This document shows positions 23,168 through 35,600 of a stretch of DNA of 64,000 nt, piece by piece. The DNA is from Toensbergia leucococca. Taxonomy: Eukaryota. The stretch is taken from NCBI GenBank assembly GCA_022813965.1, contig JALDZS010000113.1, forward strand, positions 1-64,000. The letters run 5' to 3'. The notes beneath the pieces were generated by a model, which was given only the letters and a program-made list of their open reading frames with translations, was not told the DNA's origin and did no database searches. The translations under genes were made by a program, and so were the position numbers. The first letter of the stretch is position 1, and every line of letters begins with the position of its first letter.

Positions 23168-26100
23168 ATGGCTCAAAATTCAATTGATGGCCGTCCTGCC
23201 GGCTTAGAAAATGGACAGGTACTGCAGAATTACTTGAATGCAGGTCGAGGTGTTGACAGTGAGCATGAAGAGAGCAAAGAAGAGCCGGCTGGCAGTCATA
23301 CCATCGTCACAACACAAGATATCGTTAGCCGTGTGCTTGAATTTCTCTCTGCAGCAAGCAATGAAACCCTAGGAGCCTGTGTCGTTGGAATAGGGGCAGC
23401 CACATATTTTCTACTTGGAAGAATCGGGCTTGTGCTCATAGGCCTTGTTGGAGGCATAGTTCTGCATGCTACATGGGAGGATAATGCTCAGAATCTGGCA
23501 GCCGACCAATCTAAAGCTATCGAAGTCAGAAAAAGGAGAGAAGCTGGTTTGGAAGTTGTCAAGAGAGTACTAGACTGGCGAGAAACAAAGCAAGAAAGTG
23601 ATGGCCCTAGCAATGATGACGCCGATGGTATAGATTTCATGAAACCCGCACAAAAGCATTTGGACTTTACGGGCTTTCAGCCTGCTACAAAGGCTGCATT
23701 AAATGGCTTAACAGATGCCGTTATTCGAGATTATGTAAAGTACGATCATCTTCAATGATTGTTGAAGAAAGCTGACATTCTCAGGTGGTGGTATGGCCCT
23801 GTATTACCTTCAGACGTCTCATTTCCTTTTGCTTGCCAGCAAACTCTTATAGATTTCCTCCTTGCCGTGTCGTCTCATCTTTCCCGCAAGAGACCTGCAG
23901 ATACATTTCTCAATTTCCTCACAAACTCTTCGTCGATAGTTATAGTGTTTTTGAACGAACTATCCGCTGCTTTGATGGCGCCGGGATCTACTTCCCTCGA
24001 AACGACTGAAGCTTTGCATCAGTATCTAGAAGCTGACCCTAGCAGCAACCTTGCACATGTCTTGAGCAAAGAGCAACAGCAAAAGAAGCTTAGAGATGTC
24101 GCTGAAGATATTTTACAGACCTTTTTGGACTCCAAAGCATACAATTGTCAGCCGGTCAAGGTTTTTCTTCGAGAAATATTGGCTGGCGTGGTCCTCGAAA
24201 TGACCGTACAAAGCTGTTCCAAACCACATTGGATCAACGAGTGGATTGTTTACCTACTCGAAGAAGGTGAGCCAGAGCTCATGAATGCAATCGATGCTGG
24301 AGTTAGCAGAGCTGCCAACGGCGAGTTGGTAAAATCTGCAGCTCAATCGACGCTCAGCGAGAGGCCTCCAGCTGATCCGGAAACTGTAAATCCATCTGTG
24401 ATTTCAACGAAGACTTTGCCCGAGCATGAAAGAACACTCAGTAGAGCAGAAGAAGCCATGGACGAGGCAATGCTAGAGGCAAAGCGACTAAGCGAACTAA
24501 TTGCTGCCGAGGATGCCAAAAAGAATCAAGGACACAATAACTCAGAACTCCCTGCCGTGAGCACGATAGATTCCGAATCTCCAAAGCCGTCTCATAATGG
24601 TCTTGCTATCGCTGTCACTGGTTCAAACGGAACACTCAACGGAGAGGAGGAGGCACCTCAGCCATATCTTACCGAGAATTCAGGCCGAACTTCAAGCTTC
24701 ACAAATTTTGATCAGATATTGTCATCACGACAGCCGACGGCGCTCCGATTGGATGGTGACCAGTCACGTCTTTCTGCTGCTGTTACATCGACACTCTACA
24801 ATGCTAATATCTCTATATTCGATGACTCAACACCTGGAGAAAAGAGTGTTATACGCTCGAAACCTACAGTGGACTACCTGATACAAATTGAGCCTGCTTC
24901 GTCTCAACATCCTGGCTGGATGATAGCTCGGAAATACGCAGATTTCGAGACCTTACATGAAGTCTTGCGTCGTATTTCAGTTGTCTCAGGGGTAGCCGCA
25001 TTCTCCGAAAAATATCGAAGCATCCCAGGTTGGAAAACCCAGACGAAAGCAATACTCCGGAGTGATCTCCAGCATTACCTTCGTGACGCTCTGTCATTCA
25101 GTCGACTTGCAGAAAGCGAGGGTATGAAACGCTTCCTAGAAAAGGATCAAGGATTAGGGAGATCGTCACCTAGCGCAAACAAACCCGGATTCGGGTTTCC
25201 TAGTCCAGCCGCATTTGAGAATATGGGCAAGGGCATGATTGACGTGCTTGCCAGTGCTCCCAAAGGCGCTGCGGGAGGGGGTAAAGCTCTTCTGGGTGGT
25301 GTTAGTGGAGTCTTAGGTGGGGTTGGCTCTATTGGACAGAGGAAGCAGGCTTCGCTTGCTCCAGTCGGAGGGGGTATGAGATCAGCTCGCGCGTCAAGCC
25401 TCAGTCTTTCAAGGACCGATAGTGGCACCTCGACAGCGCTAGGTCCACGGGAAGGCCAGGAGTCTCAAGAGAGTTTAGAAATCCCGTCGGGTATTTCAAA
25501 AGAGCTTGTGGAGCCGTTGCCTGGTCAATTGAGCACCTCCAGCTCCATACAGCAAGTCAGCGATCTCGCAACATCAGCATCACTATTCTCCGACACGAGA
25601 GCTGAACGCGGAGCCGTACCACTGGAGGGAGAACGCACCGATCCTAAAATCGACGGACTAGGTATTCAGTCTATACCAACACAGCCCGATCTTCGGCTAC
25701 CCCCACCGCCGAGCGAAATCACCGACGACTACAACTTCCTCAAAGACTCCCCTTCAATGCCAACCTCCCTCAACGACCGCCCCACCCCTCGCTCCTCAAC
25801 CAGCACAGCTCCAACATCCTTCCAATCCCCACCCAGAGAAAACACCCCCTCCCTAAAATCTAACGAAGCACCAAAGGCTCTACCCCCTCAACCAAAGCCC
25901 GAGGCGCCTGTCCCCCCCAAACACTCCATTTACCCTTCCCTCACTGAAGAAGAAACCCAAATAGCAATCGAACTCTTCTTCGCCGTCGTAAACGAACTCT
26001 ACAACCTCTCCTCGGCCTGGAACATCCGCCGCACGCTCCTCTCGGCCGCAAAATCCTTCCTTCTTCGCCCCGGCACCCCCTCCCTCGAAAGCATTCGCCT

Positions 26101-26431
26101 ACTCCTTCAGCAAACCATCCTCGACGCCAACACCTCGGACGCCGCCCTCGCCACCCACCTCAACAAGCTGCGCGAAAATGCCCTTCCGACGGAGGAGGAA
26201 CTCAAAACTTGGCCGGCTCCGTCCGGGGAGGAGGAAAAGGCTGCGCTGAGGCGCAAGGCGAGGAAGTTGTTGGTGGAGAAGGGGATGCCGCAGGCATTGA
26301 CGAGTGTGATGGGGCAGGCGGCGAGTGGGGAGGCGTTGGGGAGGGTGTTTGATTGTTTGCAGGTTGAGGAGGTGGCGAGGGGGTTGATGTTTGCGTTGGT
26401 GTTACAGGGGGTTCGGGCTGTTGCCATGTGA
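23168..26431 (+). CDS. PXA- and PX-domain sorting-nexin-like protein; intron 23740-23784
   Basis: N-terminal TM segments; PXA start VIRDYVKWWY; PX region YLIQIEPASSQHPGWMIARKYADFETLHEVL; C-terminal LSSAWNIRRTLL and GRVFDCLQ. Confidence 0.88.
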
Positions 26432-27330
26432 TTTGTTTTCCTGTTTTCTATTTTTTTACGTTAATTGAGGGGGAAGGGGATGCGTTTGTGAGAGGGGGGG
26501 GGGGGGGGGGGGTTTGGCTCGCGCTGGTAGTCAGTCAGTCAGTCAGTTCGGTCTGTTGTGTATCAAAAGGGACGCAGGGTATGCCTTTTCTTTACGGTGT
26601 TGCTGTCCCATTTGTTGTTTTTTTTTTCTCTGCGCGGGTGGGGATTGATGGTGTTTTTTTTGGTGTAACGAAGGGCATGGTATGGTATGGCCGCATGGAC
26701 GGACTGACATGACAGGGACGGTTTTGCCTGATTTCACGGGTTGAGAGGAACGGGGGCTGATTTTATGTTTTTTTTTTAGAAATGTTATTTGAGTTGGGTT
26801 GTTACAGTTACGTTTTCTTAGCTTGATTTGGTGTGTTGTTTAAATAAACTCGGCGGCAAAAAAACTGATAGATTCAAAAGATTGAATGTATGAGTTGACT
26901 TTTTTGGCTGACTTGGCACCTTTTGGGGAAGTGAGGGGTGGGGGGCGATTCTCAGATGTTGAAGAGGGATGTAGGCAGGCAAGTAAAGCCATACTAGCAC
27001 TCGCCAGCACTGAGATTTGATTCCCTATTTTCCCATTTCCCATTCCCCATTCTCATTTTTCTCAACCCTTGACAACACACTCTGAGAAACCTCAGGTCCG
27101 TCTCTCTTTTACTCTGAAGGTTTTGACGGAAAGAAATTTTTGTGAAGAGAATGTTGTGCAGACACAAGGTGAGATTTCTGAGTTTTTTTTGGGGCGCGTT
27201 GCTTCCTTTTGAGACCTTCTTAGGGGATTTTTTTTTGTGTGAGGGAAGGGGTTGAGGTGTCTTGACTTTTTTTTTTTTTTTTTGAGCTTTGAAAGGGATG
27301 TGAGAATAGATAGCTATGAGAGAAAGATAT

Positions 27331-27443
27331 GAGAGAGAGAGAGAGAGAGAGTGAGTTATCTTTTCTTCATGATAAAGATTCACACACTCACACACACATA
27401 CACACACACACATACACACACACACATACACACACACACACAC
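27331..27443. repeat. (GA)n and imperfect (CA)n microsatellites
   Basis: GA x10 at 27331-27350; CA/CATA array at about 27380-27443. Confidence 0.95.
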
Positions 27444-28255
27444 TCAAATCAACCTCCCTCAAAAAATAATCTCTCATTTAAACACACTTCAAAAAAATCA
27501 CAAAAACTCAATCAATCAATCAAACCATCATCACAGACAAAAACACACATCCCTTCCCTCCCTTTAATTAAACCCCCCCTCTCTCACATCAGAAAACCTC
27601 CTCACTCTCAAGCAATATCATACTAACATATCAGAATTCTCAAGACGCGCGCACCCTCACAGCAAAAAGAGAGAAAGAGGGGCTCACTTTTACAGTCAAA
27701 AAAAAAAAAAAAGAAATCTGCGAACACAAAAGTCAGGTTGTAAAAAGGTTGTGAGAGGAGGTTAATTCTCTCAGACTGACAAAGGCAGAGAAAAGGGCGG
27801 GAAAAGGGGTGTGATGAAAGAAAAGAAATGACAATCCCGCAAATGATGAAGAGCTGAAGAACTTGCAGTTTTCAAGTCAACGTTTCTAATATGAATGTGA
27901 TAAAAGAATGGGTGGCAGTGATGTGTCAAACCCCTTCTCCGTTCCCTCAATTTTATGCACTGCGTGCGTATGAATGTGCGCTTTAACTGCCTTGTTCTTG
28001 GTGAAAAGTAAAGGAAGGGGGGGGGGGGAAGTGTCATATCCTCAAAAAGGGCGCGTCCAGATATATCTACCCATCATGCCCCCTTCAAAAAGCCGAATCC
28101 CTCAAAAAAACGCCGGTGATGAATGCAGGGATATCTCTCTCCTCTCCTCTCCTCTCCTTCCATGCATTCATATAAACCATACCCATTCCTCATGTCCTCA
28201 TTTCCCACAAAACGCTCACAATCATAGTACATCCATCACTCAATTCCCAATCATC

Positions 28256-29177
28256 TCAACGACTGATCTCTGAATTTATGGATGCGGGCCCCTTCTTGAC
28301 CAATAAGCCATACACACTCTTCTGGCCCTTACCCCCCACAACCGCGCCCGGAAACCGTGCTTCAGGTAATCTCTTTCCGGCTTTGATGCTTTCGAGGACC
28401 CTGAATCAGGAAAAAAGTAACCCAAACATCATTAGCACATAAGAAAACCCCAATTTTTCAACTTCACACAGATCACAAATCACAAATCACATTTCCCCCA
28501 AAAAATGATACAAAAATGGGGATAAGGGATAAAAATGAGAAAGAAAAAAAAATGGGAAGGGAGATATATGAACAATAAACGAACCACTCAACGCCCACAA
28601 ACCTCACCCCACACCCTCCAACCCTCCCAATCTCCCTCTGCAACTTCCCCGCCGCCAAGCCACCCCCCGCACCCCTCCCACACCCCGGCCCCTCATTCGC
28701 TCTCCCAAGCACAACATGCGTCACGCTCTTCCTCCCCAGATGCACGCTAACCCTAGCCCCATGTTCCGCCAGCAGCGACTTCAACCGATGATCACCGACA
28801 ACCGGCGCCGTTGAGCCGTTGACATAGACGCACAAGCCTGCAAACAAGCCCTTTGTCTCTTTCTTGACAACGGCGTGGCCGGCTTCCGAACAGGTGGGGA
28901 GGGTGTTGGACATCTTGTCCATATCCATATCTTTCTGCCCTTTTTGAATCCCACCTGCCGACGCCGCCCCCAAGACTTCATCAACATTCTTCATGCCCCT
29001 ACTGCTCTCTAGAAATTGCTGCCCCAGCTTCTTCGTCCTCGACGCACGCCAGGATGGGCTACCCGCGAGGCGATTGCCATCTGGGCGCTGGTGGCCGGTC
29101 GACGACGAATTCCACGGGTCGAAGATGTGCCGAGAGGGAAGGGCGGCAGGGGGATGGGTTGTGCGATGCGGGGGCAT
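28256..29177 (-). CDS. Small BRCT-domain protein (Rev1-type BRCT, standalone), 2 exons
   Basis: FDPWNSSSTGHQR; LFAGLCVYVNGST..DHRLKSLLAEHGA..VTHVVL; VGVEW|VLESIKAGKRLPEARF joined across a GT-AG intron; stop at 28256. Confidence 0.85.
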
Positions 29178-30425
29178 GTGTGTGTGTGTGTGTCAGTGTG
29201 GGGGAGGTTGGATTATGGAGGGTGTGATGGGCAAGGAAATGGGTGGATGATGTCGATGATTGATTGAATGTGGGGTTGATTTGTTTGCAGGCAGATTTGA
29301 CTTTAGTCTGGAAGGGTGAAGGGTGAAGGGTATGGTGGTATGGTGGTATGGAGGAACGGGCTCGGTGGTGGAGGTCAGGGTCGACATGTGGAAGCGCACC
29401 AAGGCTTGATTTTCCTGGGCAGATTTGAGTGTGTTGATGGGGAGCCAATTGTTGCCTGGGCGAAAATGGGGTGTCAGATACATAGCTCGATAGGTACGGA
29501 GGTACTTACCTAGGTACTTAGCTGCCTCACCTGCCTAGTCTTACAGTGGAGCGGGTAAAACTAAAATGATTCAAATTACCTTACCTTAGCACCTTGAGCA
29601 CGTCAATTTTACATGCACGTCACCACCCATGCTCTTGTTTGCCTAAGACAGCCTTCCTCCTAGCTTCCCATCTGAGACTTTCCAAGGTAGGTAGGTAAGC
29701 TATTTATTGCTCCCTACCTACCTCTCTACGTGCATCAAAACATGGGGTACATCGATGCATGGCATGCGCTGCATAGTGCATCGAGCAATCTAGATCCAAA
29801 TCTGAACACTACACACGACATATGCACGGGCCTAAAATTCCATCCAACTTTTCAATTCTCCATCTGGTGCGCAGCTACAGCTAGGTGACTACCTATTGAG
29901 AGCATATGCCACACACACACACTACGAGAAACCACCTGCCCTACACCACCCCTCCTTCCTACAAGCCCACCTGCTGATTCCCCCCGTCTTGGCTTCATGA
30001 AAAGGCTTTTTTTAGTCAAATAAATCTTAATCCATATCCTTCATACAGAATAACAAAGTCGTAATCGTCACACCTCCCATGCCCCGTGGGGGAGGCGGAT
30101 TCGTGTGAGAATTGAAAGTCATGTCGTAAGGTCGTAAACAAATGCAACATAAGTTGAATAGAAGAGTCCAAACACACACCTCCTTGTCGTGTCATCTGGA
30201 AAATAACGGTAATGGGGTAATCAACTAAAGAATATATCAAAGGGATCCGCAGGCCACGGCATGCCTGAACCATGCTCGCGTAGATGGATTGATGTCGCCG
30301 CGATGGATTCGTCAAAGAACTCCGTACATTGCTTGCAAGGCGTAAATTTATAAAGTCATTGTCCCATCGTGTACTGTACAGTTCTAGAGACTGTAATCGT
30401 ATGACGCCGTCGCGCTCCCCACTTC

Positions 30426-32638
30426 TTATCGCCGCCTCTGCTGCTGCACGATGCCGGTTCGAGTTCGACTGATCGGACGTCCATCCCTATCAAACGATGC
30501 CCCGCCCACCGGGCCACTAACGCTACCTTCCCGCGCCTTCTTCACTCGTTTCGGTCCGTCAATGTCATCACCCCGACTAGCGGGACGAGACTGATGATGA
30601 TCTGCATCGTCGTCTTCTCGCATGCGCTTGTTCGAAGGAGTTACTCCGTTGATGCTCGAAGGAGGATAATTAGACTGCAGCGGTCCCGACGCATAACCAT
30701 CAGCACCCGAGTTGCCATTTGGTACACTACCACGAGCGTCGCTGACAACGTTGTAAAGATTGCTTGATGGTGGCGCCCGAGGCGGAGTATGATATCCAGC
30801 TGCCCATTGTGGTTGGCTGGCACCCGTAACCCGGGGAGTCCCACGGCCGGATCCATTTTGATGTGGCGAGGATCCTGTCATTTCCGGAGATAGGTGAGGA
30901 TGCTCTCCGTGTAACGGTCCAAGAGCTGGACCTGAGTTGTACGCGTATGGACCACGGTTGGCGTTGTAAGCAGCATTGTTCTCATGTGCGTAGTCCGAAT
31001 CATGTTCATGCTCTGCTTCCTCCTCACCCGTCCCATGGCCCACCTGCTCGTTTCCCTGGCCGTGTGCGTAGACATTCTTGTGATCGCTATGGTCGGTTTC
31101 GGACCCAGAACCAGGTGCACGAGATGATGGAGGTCCCATTTCGTTCTTCAAGTACGGCATTGGCTGCATTGGCTGTCCAAATCGCGCGAGGTTCTGCTGT
31201 TGAACATTTTGTTGAGACGCATACTGACCTTGGGGTTGCGGAGCTGAAGAATACATCGGTCGAGAGCTGTCGTAGGGTTGTTGACCCTGATACGGGTGCA
31301 TGTTCTGTATTGCAGAGCTAGGAGGAGTAGTTGCCGGTGTAGTGGGAACTGAACGGGCGTTACTCAACCCCGTGTCAATTGACAGAGGCTGGGTACCTTG
31401 AACGCTCCCACTCATATTCTGTCCGCCCCAATCATAAGAACTTCCCTGATTACTCATACCCATAACACTCGAGGCGCTTGTCGGTGGTGTCGGAAATGTG
31501 TGTGCTCGATCTATGCCCGGTCGTGCTGCTCCAGGATGTGGAGCTATCGAATGAGGGGGTTGTGAGACGATAGGGTTTTGCATCGAGTGGTGGTGATGTA
31601 ATGACGGTGGTTGCGATCCCGGAGGACCAAGTATACCTCCTTGTTGCTGGTGTTTAGTCTCTAGTTTCCGTCGCTCCGCTGCAGCCATGACAGCATTGGT
31701 TCTACTAGAATTTGTAGGGTGGTATAATAAAGCGCCGATATTGTGGACAAACAGGGGATATAGAAGCTCCGTTATTTTTTCCTTATTTGCAAAGTCCAAC
31801 GCACGCTCGAATGGAATCCTAAAGCCAGTCAGTAAAGAGAAACCAATGGATCGCTTCAGCGATACAAACCAGACTCCTTTGAGATGCATTGGCCCAATTT
31901 TGACAACATGACGCATCTTCTCGCTCTTCAAGATACCATCACGGCGACCTCGAGTCATGCCAGCGACATTAAGAAGCTTAGTCCCGTTAATCATGTGATT
32001 GTCTACAGATATGATTAGTTAATGTCTTGAGGCCAATCGCCATGAATGAGGTGTATAATCTCGCATATGCATAAATGCATGCAAGCGGGGCCGTACCATC
32101 TCGACGCGCAACGCATACACCCTTTGCTTCAACTTGGAAGCACATGCATCCTTCATCTTCCCACAATGTTGCTGTTACTCGGGGTTTCATTCCTGTAGGG
32201 GCAATCTGACCCGTTGTATCGAACGATTGTGGAGGATACGTCTGTGCCGCACCTACAGGTCCACCGACATAGGAATGTTGTGAGGGTCCACCAGCTGCCA
32301 TTGCTGATCCAAAGTCAGCTTAGAGTTAGCCTCGTAGCTGGACAGTAAAAGGACTTACCCGGTAACGGGAGCAATTGTGAATTCATCTGAGAACCCAAAG
32401 AAGCGGACACGGGTTGGCCGCCACCCTGCGGGGAAGTAACACCGTTCGGGTATCCATATTGACTGAAAGAACTCGGGGATGGTGCGTAACTACCAGGTCC
32501 AGTTTGGAGCGCTTGTGGTTGTTGGGGGTAATGAGAGAAATGGTTCATTCCACTAGCAGTTGTAGGTTGCGGTGCATAAGATTGCGCCGATGATATGTGC
32601 GCCTGATTCGAATCTAGGTACTGCTGAGACTGGTTCAT
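30426..32638 (-). CDS. stuA: APSES transcription factor StuA/Asm-1, 4 exons from the first in-frame AUG (MNQSQQYLD)
   Basis: APSES domain [89 protein letters not shown]; also [14 protein letters not shown] and [11 protein letters not shown]. Confidence 0.97.
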
Positions 32639-35600
32639 AGCGCTGCTGTACGGCTCCGTAAAATGTACGCTTTGGTTTTGAGCGGAGTAGTCAAGTTGCT
32701 GTGAAGGATCTGGCAGCCCGGGATTTTGTGGGGCTAGATGGTGGGACGTGGGCGAAGGCGAAGGCGTCTTTAATCCGACTCCAGAGCTGGCGCTTGGATA
32801 TGATGACAACCTTGTCTGGGAGGGGGTATACTGACTGCCACTGGAAGACGAATCTAAGGGGTCAATGCGAGATGAATTGGCCCCAGAAGAAACGTTTGAG
32901 GGGGTCGTATGTGGTAAATGAAAATTTGGTAATCTGTCACCAGACAGCAACGGACGCTGAGAAGAGTGATGATTGTACCACGGAACGTCAACAGGGCCTA
33001 AGGTATGAACCTGAGATATCGAAGGGAGCTCCAGCTTTTCGGTATTGGTCGAGAATGGCCTTGAATGACCTTGGCAAGAAAGTGCAAACTCTAAGAGCGT
33101 CTCAACGATGAAATTCTCTGGAAAAACACCTAACCCAATCGCGAGGTAAGACGAAATAGATAGTTTTGCGAATAGGTTCTCCCAATGGAATTGTAGCTTT
33201 TCCTCTTGACCAAATTCTGCGATCTGTTCCTGATAAAGTCCCACCTATTTTAGCTAGCTACACGCAATGGAATGGTCATATGTCTCTTGTTCTTTCGGAT
33301 GTATAATGTATCTTCGTCAGCGAACGTATTCAACTCTGGGCAGAAAGTGATATTCTGGTCGTCAATTGGATCGAGTATGACCGGGTTTCAAACGGCAGTC
33401 GGGATAGGATTGGATACACGTCTACAGCGTTGAAGCAAACCGGGTAGGCTGGATGTACAGAGGGCCGTGACAGGTAATTCGAAGCTTGGACAGAGTCGTC
33501 AACGAGGAGAATGTACTGCAGTGCTGAAGAACCAAGAGTGGAATGGCATGTAGCTCGTTTCAGGTCGTTAAAGAGACAGCCCTAATGTAGTTTGCTCGTT
33601 TCAATGCAGTGGATCGCAACGTTATGTACGGCTGTCGCAGTGCTTTATCGGGATAGGCGAAAGTGCGAACTTCAAAGACGATGGTGGCGCGTCTATCGGA
33701 AACAAGCGTTCTGAAGAAGAAAGACCGTGGATCGTCGTAAATATCGTTACGCTTCATGTAGTTGTGGGATAGGACAAATTTGGATTTGCTGCAGCAATCT
33801 GTACGTTAGCCAGATTCAATGGAATTACCGAGTGTGGTATTGATAGCATGAAGACGAATGCTTGATCACGCACCTCCCTGGCCTTGAAGAGACGACTGCT
33901 GGACCGAATTCAGAATTGCACGAATGGGATGGGGGGAAGAAAAAGTTGGCTGGATGAAGAGGAGGTTGGGTGTGTGTGTGTTGGCTCTAGCGTGAGCGCG
34001 AAAAACCGGCGCGAGGGTATAGGTGGGTATGATAGGATACAAAAGCCGGTGATAATTAAGTCGAGGTCGAATTGAACGGATAGGGCTCAGGAAGCTGGCC
34101 GAGATGATCGTCGACGAGGCTTGATGAAGATATTGTTGTGGAGATAGTTGTAGACAGTACTTCTGAGGGAGGGCGATTCGATTGGCCGTTTGACTTTGGT
34201 CCTTACTACAACGAGCACTGCTTTGCAAAAGCACGGACAGGGCCAAAGGTGACGGACAGCACTGCAATGCGATGCGCAGCGGGAGAACGGACCCTTTTAC
34301 AGCAGAAGCAGGATGCGGGACGGCGCGCCAGTTGGCAGGGGATTGGGGGAGGATTTAACTTATCGATTCGGTTCAACAAGCAACAAGCAGACGAGACGAG
34401 ACCCGCCGCCTGTGGATCGCTACTAGCTACGACTGTCGAGTGGAGAAAGAGAGAGAGATAGATAGCAAGTGATTAGTTCCTGTGTCAGGTGAATTCCACC
34501 CCCCTGTTGGCAAGCCCCAAGCTAATCAGACATCGTCTCTACGCTGCGTCTGGGCTGCAGCGGAAGGATGGTCAATGCAGGCAAGCGAAAAGCAACGACT
34601 CTTGCTGTCCAATCAATCTCGACAACCCCCCAGTCACCTCGATGATAGACGGAGCCAGTGAGGATCCAGCTGTGGACCAGACCGAGGCGAATATGAGACC
34701 TATGGAATCGACGCTGATTGTGAGGGAGCTGAACAATCCAGTAGAACACCCACAACCGCTGCCCTTTGTCCCCGTCAACGTTACCGCCCAACACAGATAC
34801 GGGTACGTGGTAATGAGGCTGTTCTCCCCAGCAGTCCACTGACAAAATGCGTGGTTTGGGATAACTTTAGACTCATGTGGCATGCGGAGAAGGCAGGTCC
34901 GGGAAGGAAAAGCCTAACTCACGCTTTACCCGAAAAGTGGCTGGGCTGCGATGGTCGCCTTCTGCCTAGGGGGAAAAAGACGAGACGGAAGATTCAGCAT
35001 TATCGGTTCGGTCGGTCATCTGAAGGGCTAGTTGAGGACTACGCTACGAGCAAGTCACGATTATCATTACGCCTCGCACTTGACAGCAACAGATTCGTAG
35101 GCAATCTTGTCACGTTCCCTACGGTTAGCCAAAAACTTGACTCAAGCTGGCAGGGTTCTCCTTTTGTCGAAATGAAGATGCAATGAAGCATGGAAAGTCT
35201 TGATCGCATGTACTGCTCGTCCCAGAATGGAAGAAAGGGATGGAAGGGCCTGTAATTTCAGCGCTTGTAGGATTCCACCTCATAACCGTGATCGTCGAAG
35301 GTGGGTTGAAGGACAGAAGCTAGACAATAAGCAGGTCTAGCCTGAGGTTTCTAGGCTCCTGTATCCGCAGGTCTACGGTTGGTGTTGGTCGGGAGGATTT
35401 GATAGGGTGGTCGGGGAGGTGTGGATGTGTGCGTTGGCAGCATTTTCAACCGAAGGCCGGGGACACACGAAAACGCCGAGATAGAAGCGCCATATCCCTG
35501 CAACGTTGAGAGAGACTTGTTTGCAAGCTTTTCAACGACGTGGCACAGCCAAGTCCATCAAGATCAGATCTGCGCTGATCGAGAAGACGAAAAGGCCGCT

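Noticed and set aside
26994..27626. ORFs with CVCV or HTHT repeats
   Set aside because: Translations of the (CA)n microsatellite.
29500..29790. Short palindromes and GTAGGTAG/CTACCTAC inverted repeats as a MITE or RNA hairpin
   Set aside because: Too short and imperfect; no target-site duplication and no second copy in the window.
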